DNA of 64,000 nt, taken from contig JAVKOQ020000038.1 of assembly GCA_031835245.2 (NCBI GenBank), forward strand, positions 62,001 through 126,000, read 5' to 3'. Positions 49,814 through 62,160 of the stretch are shown one piece after another. The position numbers and the translations under genes are program-made. The DNA is from Balamuthia mandrillaris (taxonomy: Eukaryota). Below the pieces are notes generated by a model. That model made no database searches. It saw only the letters and a program-made list of their open reading frames with translations, and was not told the origin of the DNA. Positions within the stretch are counted from its first letter, which is position 1; each line of letters begins with the position of its first letter.

Positions 49814-49971
49814 TTATGGGCAGTCTGGCTTCAGTGAGGAATAGGGAGACACGTAAGTGGAATACTTCCGCCAAGATGCTGGTCCAGTTTCATCGTATAG
49901 CTTGTTTGTTCATTGTAATTGAGCAAATAGACGAGGGTGATTGAAGGAGGGGAGGGGAGAGGAGAGGAGAG

Positions 49972-50015
<44 letters not shown>

Positions 50016-51126
50016 CCGCTTAGAGATTCCTGATTGTTGTGAAAAGTCACATAGACTGGCAACTATGGAACCTCCTAGCCATGCAGCGTGCTGTTGCACC
50101 GCTGGATCTTCCACAATATTGATTCGTGCTTCATAATGATGCCTGATCTTGCAGTGCACTTGTTCCAACAGCTCGTAAGGAATTCTTTCTAAGTGCGTTC
50201 GTGTGGTTTGAGTGTTGTCAAGGATGGAAGAAAGGAAACGGACTTCACCGCTGCTTTCTTGCACGAGTTCCTCGCGAAGCCTCGTCTTAAAACCTTTTAA
50301 CTTGGTGGGACAACCCTTTTCACAAAATAGAGCGGAAGAAAAGAAGGGAGTGAGAGAAAGAACAAAACATCCACGGATGAACGTAAAGGTACCACAAGGA
50401 CGATGTTTTTCAACAGTTGTGCTCTGCAATCTACAGGACATGCTTTGACGGTTTTCAAGATGATAGAGGCCAACGAAGGACAGGTCTCGATCTCTCGTCC
50501 CAAAAGAGAAGGATTAAAGATCGCTTCAGAGCTTTGCCGTAATGCTGTATGTAAGAATAAGACATGGCGATGAGAGAATTGGAAAGAGCGAAGAGAAGAG
50601 AAGGAGAAGAGGGAGAAGAGAGAAGAGAAAAGAATGAGCAGACAGGAGAAGAGAGCAAAGAGTATACCGTCTGATAGAGTTAGTGTTTGACCATCAGGGA
50701 GGATGAATGTTTCAGTGGTGGAAGCATCAGACCAGGACGGAGCACGTGTATCGTTACCAGCAATAATAGGACGTCGTTCCGATACATAGCATACCGTCTT
50801 TTGAATGTCTCGCCTAGAAGACAAAGAACGAAGTAATAATGCATTAAGAAGAAGAGAAACAAAAAGGTTTTGTACAGCAGGGTAATAGTACAGAATGTCA
50901 AACTCTGAGCTTGTGCTGAGGTAATAACCTGTCTCAGCAATGATTAGCCGGTGCAAGTAAGTCACCAAGTCGAATCCACCAAAGTGAACATTTCTAGCAG
51001 CAGAGTTCTGTTTTTTTGTTTGTGACAAAGGTGAGTGGCCAATGTAGCAAGAGGAAGAGGAAGAGGAAGAGGAAGAGGAAGAGGAAGAGGAAGAGGAAGA
51101 GGAAGAGGAAGAGGAAGAGGAAGAGG

Positions 51127-51157
<31 letters not shown>

Positions 51158-52568
51158 AAGAAACGACAAGAAACGACAAGAAAGAAAGAAAGAGAGTGAA
51201 AGGAGAGAGCGAGAGGACAAGAGATGGAAAACATACTAACAAATAGCCATAGTAACAAGGTGTAACGGTGGTCCGTCCCGCTCCAAAGTCAACGATAAGA
51301 CAAATTTCGTGGCCACAAGCAAGAGCTGCCAATTCCGCCTTTTGCATATTACACAAGAAGAATAAGCACATGACGATGAAGAAGAAAAACAAGCTCAAGA
51401 GTAAGGTTCGTATCATCTCAACAATCGTACATGAGTTCCGAGTTTTAAGTTTAGAGCATCAAACTTCTCGAACAAAAGTTCACATAGTCTATCATTGCTA
51501 GCTGGAGTAACTTAATGTCAAACTCAAGTTCCAAGGGAGAGAAGTAGTGAAAGAAGAAGAAGAAGAAGAAGAAGAAGAAGAAGAAGAAGAAGAACAAGAA
51601 GAACAAGAAGAACAAGAAGAAGAAGAAGAAGAAGAAGAACAAGAAGAAGAAGAACAAGAACAAGAAGAAGAAAAGAAGAAAAGAAGAAGAAGAAGAAGAA
51701 GAAGAAGAAGAAGAAGAAGAAGAAGAAGAAGAAGAAGAAGAACAAGAAGAAGAAGAAGAACAAGAACAAGAAGAAGAACAAGAACAAGAACAAGAACAAC
51801 AACAAGAAGAACAAGAAGAAGAAGAACAAGAAGAACAAGAACAAGAACAAGAAGAAGACGAAGAAGAAGAAGAAGAAGAACAAGAAGAACAAGAAGAACA
51901 AGAAGAACAAGAACGGAGAACGGAGAAGAGCGTACAAGGAGGGTGATAGGGTGAATGACAAAACATGAAAGGGCTGTACTCCGACCTGTTCCCCGACGAA
52001 AGGTTCAGACAATGGGACACCAGCCTCTCAAACCCAACCTATTCACCCCATCATTTTCTGGGAAGAAAGAAAGTGCGAAACAAGATGAGAGTAGCATACC
52101 CAGTCTTCAATCAGTCCTCGTTTCACAGGATAATCTGGCCACAACAAACGAAGCAATGAAACCAGAGAAGCAGAAGAAGAACAAGATCAAGACGAAGAAC
52201 GAGGAGAACGAGAAGAACATAATACCAAGAGAAAGAATGCCACGACGTGCTTGGGCCTCCTCTCCCACGTAGCCTCCCTCTGGCATTTCCCTCATGCCGA
52301 CCATCCTGGGGCCTAAACTGTGTTCAACCACGTACTTTTTCACCGTGCCGCGAAACGACGGGTCGAACTCACGCGGCGCATCATCCCCAGCATAGCCTTT
52401 TCGAAACGCGAATCAGATTTATGTTAAAAATCGATTTAAAAACAAATGCGATCAAGCAACCGAAGAAAGAAGGAAGAAGGAAGGAATTGAAAGGAGTCAA
52501 AGGTTCATACCATAACGTAGAGAGCCACTCCCAAAGTCAAAGACAAGGGTAGACACCCCTTCCGTCAT
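49814..52568 (-). CDS. Divergent actin-related protein, copy A, multi-exon
   Basis: Motifs MTEGVSTLVFDFGSGSLRYG-YAGDDAP, YVGEEAQARRGILSL, IVDFGAGRTTVTP, FGGFDLVTYL, ETFILPDGQTLTL, EAIFNPSLLG, CPVDCRAQLLKNIVL, AAWLGGSIVASL and YDETGP. Confidence 0.85.
51049..51157 (-). repeat. (GAGGAA)n followed by (GA)n, intronic
   Basis: Perfect hexamer array followed by a dinucleotide run in an intron of actin-like copy A. Confidence 0.9.
51550..51912 (-). repeat. (GAA/CAA)n intronic microsatellite (TTC on the sense strand)
   Basis: About 360 nt triplet tract in an intron of actin-like copy A. Confidence 0.95.
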
Positions 52569-52764
52569 TTATCGTCGGTTCGTTCGGGTCGTTCACGGCG
52601 GCCTCCTTTCTCCTCTTAAAGTTTGCTGGCCTGGTAGCGGTGGCGCTCGCCGCGTGTGTTACCTCTCGACTCCCCCCCCCTTCGCCTGGCGCTAGTTTGA
52701 CGAATGCACAAAGATAAATATACACGGTTGTTGCTTTATATATATATATATATTAGTTTTAAAC

Positions 52765-52827
<63 letters not shown>

Positions 52828-52844
52828 GTTCTCTCTCTTGTTGC

Positions 52845-54318
52845 TCAAACCAATGTTTTGGTTGGAGAGGAAAAGGGAGAAGCGAATGCGGAATACTTGC
52901 GCCAACACGACGGTCCTTGCTCCTCGTATTCCTGTTTGAAAGCATGAGAAACCATCAAAAGACAGCAGAAGAGAGGCGAGAAGAATGCAAAGGGACGGGA
53001 GGGGGAGAGGAAACATACACTTCGTAAGATTGGCATGTGCTCGTAATGCTCGCTCATCGAAGCAAAGATGGCACCACCGGTCCAAGAAGCAAACTGCTGA
53101 AGCCTGGGGTCTTCCACAATGTTGATTCTCTTGGCGTTGTGGTGATGAACTTTGCTTCGCACCTGCTCCCATAGCTCATTGGGCAGCCTTTCGAGTTGGG
53201 TTGGAGGCTCTTAGTTTTTCTTTGCCATAAAGGAGGTAAGAAAAGGCATATTACTCGTCTCCCAGAGAAGCTCTTGGTGAAGCCTTTGCTTGAAGCCTTT
53301 CAAGCGGGTTGGCAATCCCTACATAACAGAGAAGCAGAGAAACGTTTAAATGGCAAAGAGAATATACAGCGAGGAAGAGGAAGCAGAAGAAGAAGAAGAA
53401 GAAGAAGAAGAACAAGAACAAGAACAAGAAGAAGAAGAAGAAGAAGAAGAGCACAAAGAGCTAGGAATGCAGAGAAAGGCAGAGAACCACTAGAACAATG
53501 TTTCGCAGGAGTTCTGCTCGACAATCCAAAGGAGAAGCTTTGATGCTCTGGAGGATGAGAGAAGCCAACGAAGGACATGTCTCTATTTCTCTGCCTAAGA
53601 GAGCTGGGTTGAAGACCACCTCGGGACTCTGTTTTAACGCTTTTGCAAACTCCGTGATTGAGCGAGCGATAAGATAGAGAAAGAAGGATGTTGAAAAGCA
53701 GCATTAAGTTTATATACCATCTCCAAGGCAGAGCGTGTTACCATCTGGAAGCTCAAATGCTTGCGTTTCGCTGTAAGGAAGAGGACTGTCGGCCCAAGTT
53801 GGGGCTTGTGTGTCGTTTCCACTATGCAGAGGTCGTTCTTGTGATACATAACACATATCCCTTAAAATGAGTTGACTGCAGAGCGAGGTTACATCGAGCA
53901 GGGGAGAGAGGAGAGAGAGAAAGGAGAGAGAGAGAGAGAACGAACAGAATTTCACGTTCGGAACTTGTGGTGACGGAATAGCCTGTTTCATTGACCACTA
54001 GCCGCGCTAAGTATTCCAATATATCAGCTCCACCAAAGTTGATATGTCTTATTGACGGTTTCTATGATGAATAGATGAGCAGCTTAGGAGAGAATGAGGA
54101 TAGATGAAGGAAGAAGAAGAAGAAGAAGAAGAAGAAGAAGAAGAAGAAGAAGAACAAGAAGAAGAGACAAGCAGAACAAGAAGAAGAAGGAGAAGAATTC
54201 ACACCAGCAGATACCCAGAATAGAAAGGGCTAACGGTAGTTCTTCCTGCTCCTAAATCAACGATCAATGCAGTTTCACGACCCGTAGCCAGTGCTGCCAG
54301 TTCGGCCTACGACAGAAG

Positions 54319-54350
<32 letters not shown>

Positions 54351-55264
54351 AGTTAGTGCCGTCTTTGAAATGGACTAACGGGAAGAAGGCTAACATGAGT
54401 GCCAAGTTTCAGTGCAGTGGTGCCCAACTTTTCGAAAACGACCTCACACAACCGGTTATTACTTGCTTTCAATGTTACGAAGAGGTTTTAAAATAATGAC
54501 GTATAGAACAAAGATAAAACCAGCAGGAAAGAATAGGTTTAACAAAAAGACGAACCTGGAGGATGATAAGGTGAATGACAGAACGTAAGCGGTTCGTCTC
54601 GTGGTAGGATGTGTAAATATAAAATACAGTGCTCCAACAACTTCTCGAAGCTTTCCTTTTTGTCAACGTTGTAAAATGGGAAGAAGCAGCAGGAGCAAAA
54701 GCAAAAGAACAAGAACAAGAGGAAGAAGCACAAGAGGAAGAAGCACACGTAGCGTTAGTCCCATGGCCATGAACTAACGTACCCAATTCTGAATGAGCCC
54801 TCTTTTAACGGGATAGTCTTTGGGGTCGTCGGTAAGACGTGTGTTGCAGGAGCAAAAAAAGCAATAATGCATAGGAGAGAAGAGAGAAGAGAGGAGAGAG
54901 AAGAGAGGAGAGAGAAGAGAGAAGAGAGAAGAGAGAAGAGAGAAGAGAGAAGAGAGGAGAGAAACGCAACCTAGAGAAAGGATGCCTCGATGTTGCTGAG
55001 CGGCATTGCCGACCACGTCAGAAGCACAGTGACCGCCCAACATGACGTAGCCAGAGGCGGACGACATACACTTTCGCAACGTGCCCCTGCAGCTGAGCTC
55101 GCATAGCCATGGTGCGCTGTCTTCGGCATATCCTTTATTATTGTTCTTGCGATTAAAAACACCAAAAAAGAAGAGAAAAACAAACAAACGATGTTACCAT
55201 AACGTAAAGAGCTGCTTCCAAAGTCAAAAACGCAACCAACACCGTTTCGTTCGAACCTTTCCAT
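52845..55264 (-). CDS. Divergent actin-related protein, copy B, multi-exon
   Basis: Motifs VFDFGSSSLRYG-YAEDSAP, VGNAAQQHRGILSL.YPVKRGLIQNW, LIVDLGAGRTTVSP, FGGADILEYL, AFELPDGNTL, ASWTGGAIFASM and QEYEEQGP. Confidence 0.85.
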
Positions 55265-55468
55265 TTCTTTATTTTTTTTTCTTTTTTGTTTTCAATAATT
55301 TTTTTTATAATAAATTGGATAATCGATCCAACAATTTATTACCCTAATTAAGTATTATTTTTTGAATTTCTGTTGGTCGATCATCATCTTATGCCGATCA
55401 TGTTGTCGACTAAAATTCTTTATTGAACAGAAAAGAAAAATTCATTTGGAAAACAAAAAGAAACGAAG

Positions 55469-58400
55469 ATGAGCGAACGAAAGAGAAAGAGAGAAGAAGA
55501 ACCCCAAGAGAACTCGGTCCCTTCTTCTTCTTCTTCTTCCTCTTCCTTCAAAACACAAAAAAATTCACCTCAAACCACAACGACTTTGGACAACAGGAAT
55601 GCTAAAGAAGAAGAGCCCGCCCAGGAAAGCGTTGCCTCTCCAATGGCGACGCCCGCGATGATAGACCTCCTCAACAAGCTCGACCGAAGCAACCTCTCTG
55701 ACGACCACCACCTCCTCGTCTCCGTGTCCTTCCCTCCCCAACCCGAAATCACTCTCTCTTCTGCTTCAGCTTCTGCTTCTTCTTGTTCTTCTTCCTGTTC
55801 TTCTTCTTCTTGTTCTTCTTCTTCTTCTTCTTCTTCTTCTTCTTCTTCTTCTTCTTCTTCTTCTTCCTCTGCTTCTTTCATAGAGCTAAAGTACATGTCT
55901 CCAAGGATGGTGCGCAAGGTGGGCAGCCCGGCCTACTTTTGCTCCCCTCAAGCCAAGCACCGCGCGTCCACTACTACCAGCTGGGGTTGCTTCCGCTCGA
56001 TGCTTAGGGAGGACTCGGCTCGACGGGTGGAGGCCCTCTTCCAACGGAACAGGGTCTTGGTGGCGGAGGAGGACCTCATGCACTCCGGAGAGGCAACCAA
56101 AGGAGCAGCGCTGGTGTTGCCTACTCAGCCGGTTGAGCTGAGCTTTCGTGGGCTTGACTTGTGTACAGTCTACTATGTACAGATCTCTTGCTGTCCATAC
56201 TCTCTGCTCTCTGCTCTCTGCTCTCTGCTCTCTCTACTCTCTGCTCTCTGCTCTCTGCTCTCTGCTCTCTGCTCTCTCCTCTCTGCTCTCTCCTCTCTTC
56301 TCTTTCCTCTCTGCTCTCCTCTCTCCTCTGCTCTCCTCTGCTCTCCTCTCTCCTCTCTCCTCTCTCTCGTTATCTGACCATTTTTTCTTTGCTATTATAT
56401 CATAAAAGGTGGATTTCCTCTTCGCAATAGTGTCTCTAATAGAACGGAAGCAAACAGCTGATGGCGCCGTGACGTTGACTTTTCTTTGTTTGGCAAAACC
56501 ACGTTCGCATAAAGACTTGCAACTCAAGAACGAACAGTTGAAAGAGAAGGTTCGTTTGCTTAATATTGATTCTCAGAAGAGGCAATATCAATCAACTTAT
56601 TGTTCTTCATGTGTTCTTTTCACAGTTGAGCAATGTTAGACGCTTTTTGGAATGGTTTCATGGGAGTATTAATACTCACCTCCCTGCTTTAATGGGAGTA
56701 TGTGAGATATTGAATGAGGACATGTCACTTCCTCCGGTACACCCTCTTCTTCTTCTTTTTTTCAATTCTTTTCTTCTTTCTTGACTTCTCTTTCTTTCAA
56801 GTCAAACGTCATTTCTTCTCTCTCATTTCAGCGTTTCCTTTTGTAAAGCAAAAAAGGGAGATGGTTTCATTTATACAAAATTGTGGTTATGGGTTGGCGG
56901 AAGGCTTGAATCTTTCCGAGTCGTTCTTCCAAATAGAACTCAAAAAGTCTCGTCCTAGTGACATTCACTTGCACGCGGTTACATCCCTTAAGTTCCACTA
57001 TTACTTATGGTTGTTCTTGCACTTACTCTTATTTTTTGCCTCTCAAAGGAATTAACATGTGAACTCAGTAAAGCGTTAAAGTCTGCATTGGCAGTAACGA
57101 ATCAACAACTGGAGACAGAAATCGGATTAGAATGGAAGTTAAAGGCTTACAACAAACTTACTCACTTTCGCTGTGACGCTCGCTTACTTCAACAAGTTTT
57201 GCAAAACGCGCTCTCTCTCTTTCTGCCTACGAAACGTTGTTCATCCCATCCTCAACTTTCTGATTGTCGCTTTCAATCCGTAGTTCTTACAGTGGCTGAT
57301 AAACGTTACGATCAAGCGTGCGTGCGTTATGATGAGGAAAACGCTTATGATGATGATTCAGAACATGATGAGGACAAGAAAGAAAGAGAAGGAAAGGCGA
57401 CAAACATCTTTCTACGTATTCAAGCAACGAATGGAGATAGACGTACTGCTGAGCTAGCATACGACACTCTTTATTCAAGGTTCTATTCCATCCGTTAAAT
57501 CTGGGCTTATTTCATTTAAAAAGACTACCTAACATCCGTAAACAGGAACATAGGCTCTGCTGGTTGGAATTGGAAGCGTGGAGTAAAACTAATGGGAGGC
57601 GATGCAAAGTTTGTCAACGACCTTCCTTCCTATTGCACCTTAGTTGCATCTATTCCTCTTATTCCTATTGTTTCTTCTTCTTCCTCCTCCTCCTCATCTT
57701 CATCTTCTTCATCTTCTCGTCCTCTTCCCCCTTTTCCAACCAAAAAACGGCGTGTTCTGTTGGTCAAGTCAGATGATATGCTGCGAAATATCATTGCTGC
57801 TGCTCTTCATTCTGGTGGCTTTGAGGTAGATCAAGCAAGTACAGCGGCCGAAGGTTTACTTTATTTTTCTCATTTCAACAACAACAGCAGTAATCCTTAT
57901 TACTCTTTAATTCTTTGGGACTCACGACTGGAAGGCTGCTTTGTTCGAAGACATGAATCTACTTCAACTTCGTCTCCTTCCGTTTTGGAGAGCTTTGATC
58001 CTTCCATGTTATCTGCTTCTACGTCATCAACAACAAACTCTTCTTCTGCCTCCTCCTCAGCCTTTATCCCATCCAGCTCCTCTTCTTCACTATCGCAACA
58101 TGACCTGAGGTACAGTCTCTCCAGCATTCGAATGGTGAACAGGAGGAGAGACGGATTACTGCAAGTTTGGGGAGTAGCATTAGGAGAGGAGTTTATCTCA
58201 AGGAAAGAGGCGATAGAAACGGAACAGCTTGTGAAGAGAGCGAAACGGCTGAGCGATGAACCGAAAACTCGAGAGAAAGTTTCCAATAAGTGGGAACAGA
58301 CGCTAAGAACGACAAGGTCTGGAGGCAGACATTGTTTGAAAGAACTTTGTAGAGAAAGTGGCTGCGATTTTATTTCTTCATCTTCGTTTTATTCTTCTTC

Positions 58401-59652
58401 AGAAATGGTATTGAATATGCATCAACAAGAATCAGAAAACGAGAATGAAGGAAGAATTCTTCAAGAAGAAATGATGCAAGAGAGAGTGAACGAGGATGAG
58501 GAAGGACTGAATATTTTGATAGTGGACGATAACATAATCCACCAAAAAGTGATAGCGGCCTTGCTAACTCGTTATGGAGGAAAGAACAGTTTCACACAAG
58601 CTTTCAACGGGCAAGAAGCAATCCAACTTTTGGAAAAAATGAAACGCAACAACAACGAAAAGGACGATGACTACAAACACGATGATGATGACAAAAACAA
58701 TGATTTCGCCCACGATTTTCTTTACCATGGAGACGAAGACGATGAACACCAAACTCAGATGAGGCTGAGAAGACCGTTCGACCTGATCTTGATGGATGAG
58801 CTGATGCCAATCATGTCCGGTAAAGAAGCCTCCAAAATTATTCGACAACGAATGTTGATACCACGAGAGGTCCCTATAGTGGGCATCTCGGCGAGCGGCG
58901 GAGGTGAAGGCGAGGCCGTTCCCAATCGATGGGCTGATGCATTTTTGTACAAGCCTCTTCGTCGTGCTGAGCTCTACAACCTGATCCGCGAATGTCGACG
59001 ACGAAAAGAAGGTAAATTTTATTCCTGTTTTCCTCACTTTCCCTCTCTTTCTCTCATGTACCAAGCTTCTTGTTGCTGAATTTCTTTTTCTTATTCTTTG
59101 CTAACATGCTTTCTCTTAGCTGCAAAGCACAAATTGTTTCATCCTCTGAGTTTATCAGAGCAAACCATTCAAGTACTTGCTGAAAACTTCCTTCATCTCC
59201 CCTCCTCCAGGACGACTTTATCCATCTGGAACTTGCCACAAGAACTTTTGGTTCGAGTTTTTCATAACCTATTTTCGGGAACTTCAGCAATCACTCCAAA
59301 ACGTTTGTTGCGATATTCCTCCATTTCGAACCAAGCCATGAATTGGCTTTATCAATGTTGGGCCGACTCTCTTTGTCCCTCTTCAGCTCTTCAACAAAAT
59401 GCTGCTTTTTCTTTTACTGCTTCCTCTTCTTCATCCAGTTCGTCTGCTCTCTTTGCTCCGTTTGAGGAATTTGGAACGATTTCAACCTCTTCGTCATCTT
59501 CTTCCTCCTCTTCGTCATCGTCCTCATCTCGCGAACCTCTTTCAAGCTTTCCTCCGACAACACCCTTTGAGCAACAAAAGCGGTATCAACGATATCCTTG
59601 CCTCTTCATGTTTCATACCATTCATCTCTTTTACAACGAAGAACTCTTTTAA
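55469..59652 (+). CDS. Degenerate hybrid histidine-kinase/response-regulator protein (PAS-like, pseudo-HisKA/HATPase, two receiver domains, C-terminal F-box-like motif)
   Basis: HK relics RRFLEWFHGSINTHLPALMGVCEIL, CDARLLQQVLQNAL and VKLMGGDAKFV...CTLVASIPL. REC1: RVLLVKSDDMLRNII...YSLILWD. REC2 is intact: LNILIVDDNIIHQKV...AFNGQEAI...FDLILMDELMPIMSGKEA...PIVGISA...FLYKP. The last exon reads IWNLPQELLVRVFHNL. Confidence 0.7.
56200..56370 (+). repeat. (CTCTG/CTCTCTG)n degenerate intronic repeat
   Basis: Tandem ctctgct-like units in an intron of the pseudo-HK gene. Confidence 0.85.
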
Positions 59653-59720
59653 AAACATATTATACTGTAAATAATAATTAAAAAACTTCTTCCTCTTTTC
59701 TTCCTTTTCTTCTCTTCTAT

Positions 59721-60503
59721 CTAAACTGCATTACTGAGCAAAGATGTTTCTTCGTTGATCGTCGTGCGCTGAGCCGTAAGCGGCACACTCGCAGCAGAGG
59801 AATCACCCCCTCTCCCTTTGAGCGTCGGCCTCCGTAGCGAGAAGATCACGCCCACTATAGCCAAGGCCAGCGGAATCAAAGCCAATATCACCTGAAAGAC
59901 CAACTGCCCGTGGAGCCTCGACAGCTGGCATAAGGCGCGGGCGAAACCGACAGTCACCGAGCTGCAGGCCTGTCCGGCCTGGAAGAAGTCGCGGCAAACT
60001 TTGTCGTCCCCGAGTTCGGCCAACACAGCAATTGCCCAAAAGGCAAACGCTGGGAGGAGCGCAAAGTACCAAAGGCAGCAAAACACCCAACACCAACACT
60101 GCCGACGAAGAGTAGGAGATGAAGAAGTTGAAGAAGGACGTAAGTGTGAGAAAAAGGTTTTGAAGGACATGTTCAACGGGAAGGAGTAAATGACGAGGGG
60201 GAAGAGGGCGAAAGACAGGATGTTGCCGACGAAGAGGATGACGACCAAGGCGTAGACGTGGTATTCTGATTCGCAGTCAGAGTCGGCTTTGTCCCGTTGG
60301 AAGATTATCACAATGAGAGAGAACAAGAGCACTTTCAAGAGACAAGCGATGAAAATCCGGAGAGAAGAAGTGAGCTAAACATAATACAGAAAACCTGTGC
60401 GTAAGTTTAATTTTGCTTATGTAAGGATCTTACCACCAGCCATGACGGAAAGCTGGACGCATGCTTTCACGAGCACTAACGAACCGCTAGAGAGACTTCC
60501 CAT
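59721..60503 (-). CDS. Unknown multi-pass membrane protein, tandem family copy A (2 exons)
   Basis: Exon 1 MGSLSSGSLVLVKACVQLSVMAG, then a phase-1 intron, then VLLFSLIVIIFQRDKADSDCESEYHVY...LSRLHGQLVFQV...EETSLL. Homologous to copies B and C. Confidence 0.75.
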
Positions 60504-60867
60504 TTGTGTTGTTGGAGTTAAAAAGCGTGTGTTTCTTGCTTGTTTTTTTTGCAACTTTTCTATTTTTCAAACAGACGAAGGAGAAACGACGGACGAGTTC
60601 TTTATAAACCCTAACCTTCCGTGACGACGCTTCGAAGTTTGCCTTGTACTATTCTAAGCCAATGAGGTCGTCCATGACGTTTTCTCACTGATCGCTGATC
60701 ATGATCCTGTGCATCCAATAAAAAATCAAAAAAAAAACGGTTCCCTCAACAAGCCTCATGGGGATCATATGCTCTTCCAAGATAGTGCACAGCACTCGCC
60801 CACGTCTCCGTCAGCCCATGCCTTGCACCCCAAACGGTTGAACATCGGTGAACTTAAGCGCTTTATT

Positions 60868-61517
60868 TTACACTGCGGAGGTGGCTAGCAAAGCAGTTTC
60901 CTCGTTAACGGAGGTGCCCTTCCGCATGCTGTTGCTTCTTCTGGCTGTGGCAAGGCCGTAGCAAATAGCAACAAGGCAAAAGACCCCAAAACTGACGAGC
61001 AACGCGAAGGGCAGCAACCCGAACACCACTTGAAAGATCAACTGGCCGTGGAGGCGACTCAGCTCACACAAGGTGCGGACGAAGCCCACAGAGGATGAGG
61101 AGCAGACCTGGTCGGCATCGAAAAAGCTCTTGCACTCGCTGTCGTGACCGAGTTGAGCCAAGACGGCCACTGCCCAAAACGATAACGCAGGCTGCAGCAC
61201 AAAGTACCAAAAGATCCCTGATAGAAAGGCCCAACTTTTCCAACAAGAGCAGAGGGCAGGGCTGGTTTTGTTTTGGGAGGCGGGGAGTAAACTGCGGAGG
61301 AAGGCTTTGAAGGAGCGGTGCTGAGGGAAAAAGAGGATGGAGAAGGGGAAAAGGACGATGGCAAGCACGTTGACGACAAAGAGGGAGACCACTAGCACAT
61401 AGACGTGGTACTTCGACTCGCAGTCGGAATGAACTTTGTCCCTTTGTTGGATGATCACCACGAGGGTGTAAACCATCACTACAAGCAACAAAGAGACAGG
61501 TGAGAAAAAAAGTTCGG

Positions 61518-61552
<35 letters not shown>

Positions 61553-61636
61553 CTTACAGGCAATGACAACGAGGAGCTGGAGGCACCCTTTCAGGAGTGA
61601 ACCCAGTTGGTCAGAGGTTTTGCTGGCGGTACTCAT
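60868..61636 (-). CDS. Unknown multi-pass membrane protein, tandem family copy B (2 exons)
   Basis: Exon 1 MSTASKTSDQLGSLLKGCLQLLVVIA, the same phase-1 intron, then MVYTLVVIIQQRDKVHSDCESKYHVY...LSRLHGQLIFQV...EETALL. Confidence 0.75.
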
Positions 61637-62160
61637 GTGCGTGTGGGAGTTCCAGTATGTATGCTTGTTGATTCCTGTAGCTCGTTTCGAACGAAAGACT
61701 CCTTTTTTTTATCCCAAGCCGCGGCGCCTCTGCCACGAGGCGAAACTTCTCCGAGGAGACCACCTAACCTTTTTTTAGCGAAAGCAAACTTTTCCTTCCC
61801 GATGATCTCCACGATCGGGCGTAAACCACCAGCAGCACTGCGAAATCCAATTTAGGAAAATTTCCGTCTAGGTTCTAATTATCAGGTTTATCGTAATTAT
61901 CAGGAACTGGATTATTGCAGTTTATTGTGGTTTATTTTATTAATAGTCGACATGTTTTATTTGTCGACTGGAAACAACCATTTCGAATTTTCCCAAGTAC
62001 CACGTTTCCCAAGGGAACGCCAAGGTTTGGCTCCTTAAACTACAAAAGTTGAAAAAATTCGAAGGTGAGCAGGAATTCGTTTCCAACAAAAGTTTGTGTC
62101 CGAAACAGGTCAGGCCAAAGGAAAAACGTAAACGACAAGCAGAACGACCCGCTGTTGTTA

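Noticed and set aside
60606..60616. AAACCCTAACC, telomere-repeat, telo-box or telomerase-template-like
   Set aside because: A single short occurrence with no supporting array or recognisable RNA structure.
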